Assembly (NCBI GenBank): GCA_047495785.1
Contig: JBLDXI010000013.1
Coordinates: 744,001 to 808,000 of the forward strand
Length of the DNA: 64,000 nt
Source of the DNA: Lepidodermella squamata
Taxonomy: Eukaryota; Animalia; Gastrotricha
Reading direction: 5' to 3'
Part shown: piece by piece, positions 25,562-39,102 of the stretch
How the letters are laid out: every line of letters starts with the position of its first letter
Position numbering within the stretch: the first letter of the stretch is position 1
Notes under the pieces: generated by a model
The model's database searches: none
Told to the model about the DNA's origin: nothing
The model's input: only the letters and a program-made list of their open reading frames with translations
Program-made: the position numbers and the translations under genes

Positions 25562-27311
25562 TTAACCGGTCGAGCCAACAACAGCCCCGCTTATTTGCGT
25601 TATCCAGCTTGTGACTTGGCACACTTTTGAGTAAATGCCGGGATAGCCGTTTTTCCCACAGCCTGAAAAACAGCGACAATTATTACCGGTTGGAATTGTC
25701 CAGAAATTTTGTTCACTCACCATAACTGTAGGAAGCTATTCCACAGACTTTGTAATATCCGTTCTCCATCGACATCAATGGGCTTCCTTTATAAGTAAAA
25801 ATTGTTTAAAAAACGCCTTCAATTATGTTTTATCAGCTTTCATACCTAAATCACCAGCACAAATTCCGACTTTCGACAAAAAAGATCAAGAGTGAAATTA
25901 AAAAATCTCAGAGTTTTTAAGGCTATACCTCCACCGCCTGACTGACCGCTGCACATCATGTTGTCCTATTGTTGGCAAAATAAAAATTATGGATACATTA
26001 AGGATACGCCACCTACCGTTAAATAGATTAAACCACCCAATAAATAAGTTAGGCGGCACGTCGAAGCGTCGATTACTTGGATGTAAGCACGTTGAAGAAT
26101 GTTTGATGTCGTTGAATTCCCTACGAACCGAAATCAGAGCTACCCCCTTTTTTGTTAATTTTTGTTCACCTACCATCCCTATTAAAATATTAGTAATTTC
26201 TAGTCTTTTAACGAAATTGAAATTAAACTCACTGAGTTGATCCCCAGCCTGAGAAAGAATTTAAATACAAGAGAATTATGCCATGACAGAGAATACAAAT
26301 CTGAGTTGAGAGTTGACTTACCTGCTGTGTACACGTACGAATTGGCTGTACAGCCATCGGAACAGGAAGTCGGCAAACAGATCTTCTGTACCGTCCAATC
26401 AGAGACAAATGAAACATTGGCTGAATATTTACAATTCTAAAAATTGGGTTCGATTATTGGAAGAATGGGACTTACATTGCAGCTGGATAAGGGCGAAATC
26501 GTAGTCCTTGGTAGATGCTGAATTTAAAATGTTTATACTAAAGTATATTCCTTGCCAGCTTCAACAAAATTACCTGAATAGGAAGGATGGAAGACGATGC
26601 GGGACGAGGTTAGTGTGAATTCTCCCGTATCCTTAACCGAAGCGTCATGGTCAGCAAAATAAACGGTAACCGTTGTCCTATATTTCGAATGAAAATTTAT
26701 CAGAATTGAGCAACCATTTTCAAATAGGCTCACGTTGTGTTTTTTGCACTAGCTACACAGGTAGCTGCCGTTAAAATCCATCCGGTTTCAACGATGGCTC
26801 CAGCGCACAAGCCATAAGTGTTGTCAGAAAGCAGGACGAGAAGCCTGACCAGCCTGTAACACTAAATAGATTCCTGGAGTTCGGGGAAAAAGCGCAGCTT
26901 ACCAGGGGTACATATTTTGATCAGCACTGATGCCACCTTAAATGAAAATTGTCAAATTCGAAATCGAAAATCTTAAACTTGAATGTTCTTACCCACAATA
27001 CCACCGGGATTCTCTTGCGTGTTCTTGTAGTACTTGGAATGCCCACATTTCGCTGTTGCTACGGCGGGCGGGGCAGGTGTCACTGATGGAGTAATTATTT
27101 TAGTAAGATACGGAACAATTAAGGTGAATAAATGAATACCCGATTGCGCCGGTGTAACCCCCGATGACGCTGTAAATATGTACCAAAAAATTAGCAGATG
27201 TTGTGGTTAACTATAATAAAAATTACTTGGAGGAGCGACTACCGCGCAGGAATCGATGACCTCGATTTCATAGACCGCAATGGCAATAAGGCAAAACAGA
27301 AATAACTTCAT
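25562..27311 (-). CDS. SP2: S1A serine protease homologue, catalytically dead
   Basis: Multi-exon. IDS|CAV; CGHSKYY; PGG|IVGG; TAATC (His lost), DYDFALIQL, CAGDLGSPL (Ser195 to Leu). Confidence 0.85.
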
Positions 27312-27694
27312 TCTTTCTAAATTATATTACGATTCTGTAGCGTGAGAAGGTTTATTGTTTCCGAAGTTTCGATGACGGAAGTCTAGCATCTCAGTTGATC
27401 TTCTCTATATTTAAAACCGTAGACTTTGGTTACGTATTACGTGAGAACCATTTTTGTTGGCATTGTAGCTGTGAACAATAGCTTCTCGAACGTACTTTCT
27501 CGCGTGGGAATGGGTGTTTTATATAGCAACCAACTTATTTGTTTGCTTTATTTTCCCAACTTATGATTCATGCCATTTCATCATCATGCGAATGATTTTA
27601 TTTCATACCACATTTCCTCAAAGTATTGATATAAAATGAACATGATTGAATAGAAAAATAAACGTCAACTTGAGATACTCGGCAATCAAAATCA

Positions 27695-29062
27695 CTAATA
27701 CTTCGCGACAGCATCTGAAATCCATGAGATAACCTTACAAACACGGCTGAAATTAGACCAAGTTCATTGCGTGATTGATTGCAGCAGTTTTTAACAAACT
27801 TACGCGTAAACTCCGTAAAATCCAATCCTCGCGCAGCCCATACCAAATGAAGTCACTCCGCATAGCTTGTAGTAACCGTTTTCAGCTACAACCAACGGCC
27901 CACCTTGAAAAGGGTACTCTATAGCGAGGCCATAAATATATAAACAAAAATTACCTGAGTCACCGAGGCAAGTATCCACTCCGCCGTTAGGATAGCCCGC
28001 GCATATCATGCGATCTGTGATTTTCGACCCAGCCCCTGATAAGTAGTTGCTCGCACAAGTTGTTTGATCTATAATGTTAACATAGGCCTTCTGCTGGTAT
28101 CTAGAGGCTGAATTGCTTGCTAAAAGTACACCATGATAGAATCCTAAATTAAAATTCAGATTCCAGCTTTACATTCACTCGTTGTTCCCCAGCCACTGAT
28201 GTAAGCGATCGTCCCAGCTGCGCAACCGTCGTTGCAAGACGAAGGCAGACAAACAGCTTGTACGGCCCAGCTAGATGTCAACGAAACCGCACCTGTTACG
28301 GACTTTCATTATAGCCTTGCATAACTTGACAAACTTGAAAACTTACTTGCAAGCTTGAGTAAAGCAAAGTCGTAATCATTTGTGCTTGAGGAATACGATT
28401 CGTGGATTACAATCCTCAAAACTCCTAACGAGTATTCGCCGGTATCAGATGCCGATTTGTCCCAATCACCGAAAATCGCCGTAATGTAGCTTGCGTTAAA
28501 CGCTGCCCTAAAAATATTACGACAATTTGTAAAATGAATACGTATTAAATTTTAAAACTAACTTGGCACAATGCGCTGCAGTTAGAAGCCAGCTGAAACA
28601 TAGAAAAACTCGATAGTTTTGATATTCATGATCTAAAACTAGTCGGCAAACTTGGCATTAATCAAAGTCGCCCCGCAAAGATCGCTGGTCCCATCTCCGA
28701 GGCTTATCTTTAGTCGAACGAGCCAGGGGTATTCATTCGGGGCCGCTGTTATGCCTCCAACAATTCCCGATGCGGCTTGACCTGGGTTCGAATTTGAGCT
28801 TGAATAATAGTACTTATTATGACCGCACGTGTTTGACGTTGTAGCTGCCTGGAATAAAGGTATATATATCGAAATTTTCGATTGATTTTAAATTTACAGG
28901 AACGCTTGGTAGCTGACTTTGAGGCGGGGAGTCACCTCCGGGTGTTTTGCTGAATGGCGAACTTGTTGACGACGACGAAGCTGTTATGCATGCCAGCAAT
29001 ATCTGCAGCTGCGATTCAGTCGCCAACAGGAAGACCAGCAACAACTTTTTAACAGCCAACAT
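27695..29062 (-). CDS. SP3: trypsin-like serine protease, intact triad
   Basis: LLA|CIT; ASG|IVGG; [27 protein letters not shown] (Asp189). Confidence 0.92.
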
Positions 29063-29601
29063 ACAAGCTATACGTATGCAAGTTTAAAACAGTGTTTCGC
29101 GTTATGGTTAAGGATCACTATACGCGGCAGCCTACAGAGGATTTTGTGTACTAGTATAAGCAAACAGTATGAAGCGTGGGCAGCGACGACAAAAAATGGA
29201 TTTTTGAACACGCCGGTACATGAGATCGGCTGTCTTGTTAAGGTGGTATCATCCGTTGACAGTTATAGGCCATGTTTGTCTTTTTCTCAGCGCCACTAAG
29301 GAATATAACGCTGTGCTAAGTTAGCGAGTGTTGAAAAAACCTCACCACCGCCCCACACTTCGTGCACATTATTTCGCGTATATCGACGACGGTCTGTGGT
29401 GTGGTGTATAACTACGTTACGCTTACCAGTGTAATTGATTGTGCGTTCAGGAACATTTTTTTCAACAGTCGTGTTCCTGCGTAGGTATTCCTATGAAAAC
29501 ATGCCTATTTTGGCCTTGAAAGTCTCCTCTCACGTTCCATTTTTAGTAATAGGTAAATTTCATTTTCAGTTATTGACATTGAACAATCGAGAATCACTGT
29601 T

Positions 29602-30752
29602 CTATACGGCATTAGTTTTTATCCAACTAGATACTGAACAAATTCTTGAGTAAACGCCAGGATAGTTAGATCTAGCGCAGCCGTTGCCGAAACTCACAAT
29701 GCCGCATAATTGGTAGTAACCATTGACAGCAGTCATAAGTGGCCCGCCTGAATCACCTTGGCACGTGTCTACACCGCCACTTTTCCAACCTTGGTGGGAA
29801 CAAATTGAATCTCGAAATTCGGTGAAATTCAAACTATTATACCTGCGCACATCATTCGATCGGTTATTTTCTCGCCAACAATAGCATAGCTATTCGCACA
29901 GGTAGCGGTATCCATTAGGTAGACACTGGCGTGTTGCATTACATAGGGCTCCAAGCTGTCGCCCTCTGCAACTAATCCCCACCCTGCGATGTAGGCAACC
30001 GAGCCAGCGTTGCACCCATCGGAGCAGTCAGCGGGTAGACAAATCTTTTGCGTGGTCCAACTTGTAAAATTTAATGGACCTGTTTGAATGAATTTGGGAC
30101 AAAAATAATTAGGGAGTATAAAAATCACTCTCTAATTTTAGCAGCGCGAAGTCATAGTCGGAGGTATCAGAGTTATAGTTTTCGTGAATAACGATTTTTG
30201 ATACTTTCTTCGTGTACTGCCCTGCATCGTCTGCATTTCGATTGTAATCAGCCATAGTTGCTGTTACTGAACTAAAATTTCGCAAGATTTGATTGCAGAG
30301 CTTCAAGATGCAACTCACATGACCTGCCTGAAATAAGGGTTATGCGTCCATAATTATGAAATCAAGAAGGAATTTTACTTGACGCAATGTGCCGCTGTAA
30401 TCAACCATGATTCGCTAATTATTGACGAACCACAGGAGGCAATACCAGTTGAAAATGTCAGGGTCAGTCTTGCGAGCCTAAGGAATTCGGAATTAAGCCC
30501 AAAATTAAGCTTTCAGCGTGCAAACCAAGGATATTGATTGGTTAAGGTGTCCTCCCCACCTACAACGCCAGTCCCAGGATTATTGGTCAAGTAGTAATAT
30601 TTGGTATGGCCGCATTGACTCCCGAGGGCTGGGGGTAAGGCTGGCATGGCTATGGAGCCGGCTTTTCGAGTCTCTGGAACACTTTTACTACAACTACGAG
30701 CATATCGGCACAACAATGCCAGCAAGAAAACCGATACTAAGATTGTTCGCAT
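29602..30752 (-). CDS. SP4: trypsin-like serine protease, intact triad, 6 exons
   Basis: Exons 30526-30752, 30379-30477, 30319-30327, 30129-30271, 29853-30079, 29602-29789. ARS|CSK; GTG|VVGG; [27 protein letters not shown]. Confidence 0.93.
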
Positions 30753-31093
30753 TTCAGCTGATTGATCGGTGCTTGTTGCAAAAGAAGGCTGTTAAGGCGA
30801 TATGTGTTCATGAATTACAAAAGTTAATATACGCCTTCTTACTACAACTACGACACGAAATTTACGTAACGTGAAACAGCTTATAGCGCCAAATTATTGC
30901 CATTTTATTAAGTATTCATCCATTTTTTGCATACAATAATTCTTGTAGTTTTTCACACAACGTGTGCTGTCGAACGTGCTAGTTCAAAACATGGCGCAGA
31001 AGCAGTGTAAAGACAGATTTATAGCGTGGAAGACCGGAAAACGTGATTTTCCACCACGTGGAAATTAGGCGAATTTCATTGGCACGACACCTT

Positions 31094-32291
31094 TCAAGAT
31101 GTTGCTGAAGTTGATTTTATCCAGTCTAGCACGGAGCAAACTCTGCCATACACCCCCGGGAAGTGATACTTGGCACAGCCGAAGCCAAAGCTGGTAACGC
31201 CACACAGCGTTGCGAAGCCACTGGTCATCGTTACCAGCGGCCCACCTGAATCTCCTGAGCAAGCGTCTACGCCGCCATTGTTCCAACCTTAGTTGGAAAA
31301 TTAGATTCAAGAACTTGAAATTCGATAGCGACTAACCTGCGCATAGCATTCGATCAGTTATTTGTTGACCTACTGGGCCATAAGACTTGGAGCAATCGAA
31401 CGTATCCCGCAAGTAAACGTAGGTGTGCTGTAGCATCTGTGGCGATACTGTGCCTCCGGCCTGGACAACGCCCCAACCTGCTATGTATGCAACTGAACCT
31501 GCGCTGCACCCGGTTGAGCAGTCTGGCGGCAAACAAACTTTCTGGATTTTCCAGTCAGAGAAATTCAAGGAATCTTGTTGATAAAGAGAAATCCATGTTT
31601 TCAAATGTTTTTCGAAAATATGTTATACTTGAAAACTTGATTAGAGCAAAATCATAGTCTGAGGTTGCCAAGTTGAAGCTTGGATGAACAATAATTTTGG
31701 AAATATTAAGGTTGATTTCTGTGCCTTCGATTTGCAATCGATCGTGATCGCCAGCAATTGCTGAAACAGAGCTTTTTTGATCAGAGTTCATCCAGGAATA
31801 TCTTGCTGAAAGCTGAATGCTTACTTTGCATCCCTAGTTCAAGAAAAACCATTTTATATTAACTTTTATTGAACATTTGCGGTAAAACCTACTGAACGCA
31901 ATGAGCAGCAGTTATAAGCCATGAATCACTTATGATTGACGCTCCGCAAGTGCTTTGTCCCGCGGCATACGATAATTCGAGCCTTACAATCCTATAATTC
32001 CAAAAAAGTCATAGGTACCTAGATAAACGCATTAGGTTACCATGGATATTGATTTGGTAGAGCGTTCTCGCCGCCTATGATACCAACTCCTGGCTTGTTA
32101 CTCGAGTAGTAATACTTACTGTGCCCGCATGTCGAGGCAATAGCTGGAGGAAGGGCGGGCATGGCGATGCTGCCGGCTTGCCTTGTAACAGGCAAAGTCG
32201 ACGAGCATGCTAGGACTTTAAAAATTTCAGCCAAGGCGAGCACCAGCTCTATAGCAGTTGGGTACAACAGCTTTCTCTTTAGAACATTCAT
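31094..32291 (-). CDS. SP5: trypsin-like serine protease, intact triad
   Basis: VLA|CSS; GVG|IIGG; [27 protein letters not shown]. Shares [12 protein letters not shown] with SP4, suggesting a closer duplicate pair. Start codon choice inferred. Confidence 0.9.
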
Positions 32292-32388
32292 CACAATAAA
32301 AACATGTTCGCCGTGAACTGAAGCAACCTCAGTGTGAAGGAGTGGGAAAATGCTCAACATAAACATTTTTATTTCCGAAAACGTCGTA

Positions 32389-33608
32389 TTAAAAAGTGTT
32401 GCTTTTGATCCAGTCTACCACAGCACAAACACGTGAATATACGCCAGGATAGCCAGCTCGGGCACAGCCTACGCCGAAACTCACGACGCCGCAAATTTTG
32501 TAGAACCCATCTTCGACGACCATGAGAGGTCCGCCTGAATCTCCTGAGCATGTATCCTGGCCGCCGGCAGCTACGCCTAAAATAAGACATTGAAAAAGCA
32601 ATAAATTGGATTTACTTTCAAAAACCTGCACAAGTCATCCTATCCGTGATGGTCGACACAGAATAAGCGGCCCTGCAAACAGCTTGGCTGTAAATGTTTA
32701 CTATATTTGACTGCATTATTTTCGGTAAAACGGAGGATTCATTCAACAGGCCCCAACCGGCAATGTAAGCGTACTGACCTGAAACGGAAAGAATGATGAT
32801 TCCGTTCCACATTACAATTAACTAACCCGCTCCGCAGCCATCAGAGCAAGAACTTGGCAAACAAATTTTTTGGGCGCTCCAACTGCTGAAACTTAAAGCG
32901 GCTGTTAAAAAGAAAAAACGCGATGCCCAAGATTGACAATGTTGAGCTTCATCATACCGTCTAGCCTAAGTAGAGCAAAGTCGTAATCTTGCGTGCTCGA
33001 GTTGTAGGAGGTATGCTTGACTATGACAGACACTTTTCGAGTATATTCACCGGCATCAGTAGCCGTCTGGTCGTAGTCGGCGATGTAAACTGTAATTCCT
33101 CTTCAATTTTTTTATCCGATGACTGAGCTTGGAAGTCGAGAAAAACTTACGAGGCAAGCATTCCACTTTAAAAATGATGATTTTTACGAATTAATACAGA
33201 TTAATTATGACTTACTTGATGCAATGAGCTGCGGTTAGGACCCAGTATTCACCAATAATACTTCCCCCACATAAGCTCGTTGAAGATCCCGACGAAATTG
33301 AAAGACGAACCAGCCTAATTTTCAGAAAGTTAGGACGATGCGAAAGTTGTCCGAGAGTTTCACTCAAACCAAGGGTATTGATTAGGCCTAGCATTTTCTC
33401 CACCAACTATTCCATAACCAGGTAAATCTGCCGCAAAGTAATACCTGGTATGGCCACAATTGGAAACTATAGCTTGAGGCGGTGTCGGTGTTGATATGCT
33501 GCCGCTTATTCTAGTCAGAGATGACGAGGATGTACACGCCCAGTTTCTGTCGAAAAACACCGCTAGTATCAGTGTTAATTTCAACAGAAACCTTGATAGT
33601 AGATGCAT
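32389..33608 (-). CDS. SP6: trypsin-like serine protease, intact triad
   Basis: NWA|CTS; GYG|IVGG; [27 protein letters not shown]. Confidence 0.92.
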
Positions 33609-33973
33609 TTATAGAATGATTCCGATGTTCATTCTAAAACTATAAAGTACAGCTTTAATTACGCCTTACACGTAGGAAAAAGCCAGCGTGTTCTACAGTT
33701 TCGTAAAACTATAGCAACAAGACGCAGCTTTTTGTGAAGGGATTTTAATACAGCATTACAGTGTTAAAGGTGTAAAAAATGTACATCAAAAGGTGGCACA
33801 TTATACCTGTATAATATGTTCGCCTGTACTCAAAATCCTGCCCTCGTTGGCTGCGTCAAATAGAGACATAAAATTAAACGAATTGGGAACAATTTTAACC
33901 ATAAAAACTTTATTTTCTCATTAAAAACTGATTGATCACGCAAAATTGGTGCTTCTATGATCATCTATATAAT

Positions 33974-35452
33974 TTAAAGACCAGTCGTGCTCTTGATCCA
34001 CTCTCTGACTGTGCAAACTCTCGACTGGGAAATGCAACAACAAAAGTCAACTTTTCAGCAGAAATTTAAATAGCTTACGTATACGCCGTAGTAGCTCGAA
34101 CGACCACAACCAGAGCCGTAACTCGTAACTCCGCAAAGCTTGTAGTACCCATCTTGGACGACCATTAAAGGTCCACCGGAGTCACCTTGACAAGTGTCGT
34201 AGCCACCTCCCAGCGTTCCTATTTGCCGAAATGAGTTATAATTCTGTGATTATTTCGATATTTTTGGACTCACCAGCGCAGGTCTGGCGATCCGTGAATG
34301 AAGATCCATATTGAGACACGCATATGTCCCGAGGTACTATTTGCACCCAGGTTTGCTGTAGCCACCTGCTTCCTGATTTCGCAGTTTCAGCCGTTAAACC
34401 CCAACCGGCTATTTCAGCGTAAGTATATTGGCCACAGCCATCGTCGCAGGATGACGGCAAACATATCTTCTGGGTTAACCAATCGCTGGAAAAATCCAAT
34501 TTCGCTATAACATGTCATTTTTGATAGAAAAAGCTATTTAAACAATGAAAATATTGGATTACTTGATGTTTTTAAGAGGGTAAAATCGTAATCTTGACGC
34601 GTTTGATCGTAATTCGGATGAATTGTGAACGCTGACATTTTAACGGTATATTCGCCAGAATCTGTTGTAGTTTGATCCCAGTCCCCGAATACTCCGGTAA
34701 TCGAGCTATTTGTTAGGAATTATTAATTTAATTATAAAAGGTTCCATCCAATTGTTACCCAGCATCTGTGACGCCTCTGTTAAAAATGGTTTCCTTTAAG
34801 TTATGTTTTATCAATATCGCAAATAAACTCACTGCATGCAGTGCGCTGCTGTCAGCAAGTAGCTTTAAGATAAAAAAGATGAATAAAAGTGAAAACATGG
34901 CTTGGTTAACTTACTTTTCGCTAATGATTGTCGCTCCGCAAAGGTAGAGAGTAGAGCCGACTGTTATTTTCAGCCTAACCAGCCTAAAAAAATATTGTAA
35001 AATTCTCTACTTTGATGTTCCATGCTGGCTGAAACCAACCATGGATATCTGAAAATTTGATATTTTCAAACATATAATGACTGCAATTTTAAAGATGATT
35101 TTTACTGATTTTGTGTTGCATTTTTTCCACCAACTACGCCAGCTGAACCGGGCTTGTTGTAGGCGTAATAGTTCTTGCTATGGCCGCAGCTAGAATTTTG
35201 AGGCTTTATCGTTGTCAATGTCGCGTTTCTGTCAACAGCAGGCATTGTTGCGAGAACTTTCGTCGTAGTTGACTGGCCAGGGGCTGTTGTTGCTGTTGGC
35301 GATGAGCCTTGTGAGGGCGACGACCCAGCTGGGCTTGCAGGCGGCTTGTTATTATCGTCAACGCCTCTCGAAAAGCATGCATTAACCGAGGGCAGTGACA
35401 CCAGGACAAGTCCAATCAATAAAGCGCTGCATTTTTGGGGTATCATAACCAT
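33974..35452 (-). CDS. SP7: trypsin-like serine protease, intact triad
   Basis: VNA|CFS; S/T/P-rich stalk; SAG|VVGG; [26 protein letters not shown]. Confidence 0.9.
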
Positions 35453-35867
35453 CAATATAAATTGGATTTTAAAAGTTTCACAGGAGAGAGATATTTCTGC
35501 TATTTCTTGATCCTGTTCTTCGTGCTTGCGTTATTTGCTTATCAGAAAAAACTCGCTGAAAGTGAAACGTAAAATATTTTACGTTATAGTTACCCATGTG
35601 GGAAATGAAAAAATGTTTAACACCCTACTTAATTTAATGGAAGAAACGTCACGACAAACGTGCGTGCGTAAAAAAAGCGGAATTTCATCCCGCTTATATT
35701 GACATGTATGAATTGGATGTCTGAAGTCCAAAGTTCTAGAGTTCTAGCAAGCTGGTATACCTTGGTAAAATTTTAGTGGCAAAGTAAAGCTGCACCGATT
35801 TTAACGCAATTCATCTTCATCAACGTCAATCAGCGACGACAATTTTTCAGGAGCCAGCGTTGAAATA

Positions 35868-36674
35868 CCGTCATTCGGGGCTATCGCGGGATACGGGGCT
35901 ATTCGGTAAAAAGTTTGTTCAATTAGTAGATTGAGGTTTACTCCAAAACTATAAAGTCAAAGTCGACAAGTTTTTGCAGGGAGCTACCTCGATAGATGAC
36001 ACTTATTCTATCAAAAGTATGAGTTCAAAGAGTAAACGGTTCTGAAGCTGCAGGCTCACCTTTCAGGTGTAAGTTTAACTCAAGAAAACCCATGTGTTGC
36101 ATTGAATTACCTGGACCGGAATAGATCAGGCTCTGGACCAAATGAGCTGGGTTGTTGTTATGTTTCTCGGTAAATTACCCAGACTTTGAATTTAAGATGC
36201 TTGATAAACTTGTAATTAAGCTTTAAGCTTTATCGGGGAAAGGCTGATATTGCATTTGGCAATGACTATTAAAAATTAATTGATTTACTGCGAATTAAGG
36301 AAAAACTGTCTAATTAAAAGCCAACTATTTGCATGGCATAAGTTTGTTTGCATAAAAACGGCGGTTATTTTGCTGTAGAAAAAAATAATTTAGGCGAAAA
36401 AAGCTAAAAAACGAACCCTTGTGGAATCGAACCGCTGACCTTTTAATGATCTCGCCATAGACAACTGTGATAAAAAACCTTCCTTGCTTATTTACTAATA
36501 TTAAGATGTCTATATATGTGTAAATAATAGCCCCACACCTGTCCGAATAGCCCCATCCGTGGGGCTATTCGGAATACGGGTGCCATTCGAATCAGGACCC
36601 TTGGAAACGTGTAAAAAAAGCGAAAAAACCAGGGGGTCATTTTTTGACGCATACCAAATAGCCCCAAATGACGG
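35868..36674. mobile_element. Non-autonomous DNA transposon (MITE), Tc1/mariner-pogo/Tc2-type ends, 807 bp
   Basis: Terminal inverted repeats CCGTCATT(C/T)GGGGCTAT starting at 35868 and ending at 36674, flanked by TA on both sides (35866-35867, 36675-36676). Internal copies of GGGGCTATTCGG in both orientations. No transposase ORF. Confidence 0.8.
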
Positions 36675-36876
36675 TAAGTTTTACTGGTGAAAATATGTAA
36701 CAATGATTTTTCAGAACTTTACACGAGGTAGAGATGTGGTATTTCGGGCATAAAATAGGCATAGCGAATCATAGAGCGTAGAGCAAGTTAAGAATGGTTC
36801 AGACCCCGAACTCATGTCTCGTATTAGATTTATAAAAGCTTCTGGAGGTACGCTAATGAGCTGACGTTGAGGTATT

Positions 36877-38561
36877 TTACGCGACTGGTGCATTAAAATT
36901 GATCCAATCGATGACGGAGCAGACCTGTTAAATTGGAGAATACATCAGGCCATTGGCGATCAGTGGACATTTCAATGGTTTCATACCCGCGAGTAAACTC
37001 CGTAATAACCTGCGCGTCCGCAACCGTTGCCAAAGCTGGTAACGCCGCAAATTTTGTAGAATCCATCTTCGACGGTCATCAGGGGACCTCCGGCATCTCC
37101 AGTGCAAGTGTCAACACCTAAAGTTAATAACTGTCAATAGCTGATATCTAAAACGTTTCATCGCTACTTACCACCGCCGCTGTAGCCTAAAATGAGAAGT
37201 GAACAAATTTTGAACAACTTTTCAACAGAAATAATGAGCTCATTCTTACCTGCGCAGATCATACGATCGCTGATTTGAGAAAGCGAAGATGCATACTGTT
37301 TAGTACAGTCATCTTTATCAGCGATCTTGACGTAAGCTGTCTGCATGAATTGCACAGCAGTAGAGTTGGCTGGGAACGAAAAAAAAAAGATTATAGCGTA
37401 GGGATGGCTGGGGTGAATAAGTACCCTCGGAAGTTGCTCCCCAGCCCGCAATGTATGCGATTTTGCTGACGCCACATGATGCGGCGCAAGTCACTGCTGT
37501 TGGCAGGCAGATTGCCTGCACCTTCCAAGAAGAGCCGGTATCAGTTAGCACGAGAGCCGCTATCAAAAACTCAGCATTAATAACTGCTATTTTCAATGTA
37601 ACGCGACATACTTGACAAAGTGAGAATAGCGAAATCGTAGTCGTTGTTGATGGCACTGAATCAATGTATCTCAATTATTGATGGCAAACAGAAGTTATTA
37701 ACCAACTTGTAGCTTGGATGGACGAGGATAGACGCGATGGCGACTTGATATTCCCCACTGTCAGTATTAGCTGAGTCCCAGTCAGCGAAAATGGCAGTAA
37801 TATCACTTGAACGTCAAACACATTATAGCTCTCGCGCAGGTTGAATAATAAAGTTATTACGTGATGGAATTGGCATATCTGAATTAAAATTAGATGGGTG
37901 ATTATAGCAATGCAGCGATTTAAAATATGTAAGAAAACCTACTTGGCGCATCTTGCTGACGTTAGAAGAAATCTATTATGATCATTAATGCCAACTGATT
38001 AATATGAGATGAAGCTGAAGTTGTTATGCTTACCGTTTTTGGATGATAGAGGCGGAGCAAGTTCGAATAATCGTCCCATTGAGAATTCTCAGACGAACAA
38101 TCCTGTTTATTATTCTCATGTTGCTTGGAACGCGAAGCGTAACTGCATCTTACTTACCAAGGGTACCTGTTTTATTTAGACGAATGAAACGATCTAGGTT
38201 AATAAATACGTTTATAGCGACTTACTGGTTCGGCAAAGCGGTAGTACCGCCGACAATCGTCGCTGATCCCGGATTGTTACCGCCGTTGTAATAAACTGTG
38301 TTCCCACAAGCCTGTTTTACAGCGGTTGGTGAAGCTGGCGTTAGCAGCTGATTAGGAGGTTTGGAAGTAGTAGTAGTAGTGGTTGTAGTTGTGGTCGTTC
38401 TATAAAAAATCCATCTATAATAGTTCTCGGAAAGCTAGTTAGGGAAAATTTTACGTCCTCACTGTCGTTGTCGTGCTGGGAGGGTCCGGCTGGCAAGAGC
38501 GAGCCATTTGAGCGAAAAGGCCCAAACCCAGAATCAGTAAAGCCACCCGATTATTCGTCAT
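36877..38561 (-). CDS. SP8: S1A serine protease homologue, catalytically dead, ~13 exons
   Basis: ARS|CQP; Thr-rich stalk; SAT|IVGG; TSARC (His57 to Arg), [20 protein letters not shown] (Ser195 to Ala). Confidence 0.87.
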
Positions 38562-39102
38562 CACCTTAGATAATTATATACCTAAAATTGAAACAGTTTT
38601 AACTTTGAAAATTAAGAAATTGAAAATAACGAGAATAAAAGCTGTTGATGAACACGAGTGGCCATCGTGGGTATCGAGCTGTTGTTTTGCGGCAAGCGCA
38701 CAGCGATGAGCTACACAAACACTGTAAGCAAAGCTTTCGAACCGCCGATGACCATATAATAATTAGCCGTTAGTGCAGGTGAATCCGAGTAAAACTTTGT
38801 TTTCGTCAAATTTTTCACGCGATATAACGTCTATTGTTGACAAACTTAATGCCTTAATTACATTCAAACCAAAATCCTATGCGCTCTAGAGAGCCGGCTT
38901 AATCGCAAAAGATATAGACTTACTAAGCTAATGAGTCTTAATCAACAAGCGAATCTTTAATTTTTATTGCTTCAAGGTATGAAAATTGATAAGATCAAAG
39001 TTCGGTCTTCAACTCGAGTAGGGGTAAACAGACGCCGAGATAATGGTGATGAGTAGAAAGTGACTTGAACTTGATACTCGGTGTCTTAAGCAATTAAACG
39101 CG

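Noticed and set aside
32292-32366. Upstream ATG extension of SP5 in the ORF track
   Set aside because: Abuts the SP6 polyadenylation signal and would push the signal peptide inward; ATG 32291 fits better, though unproven.
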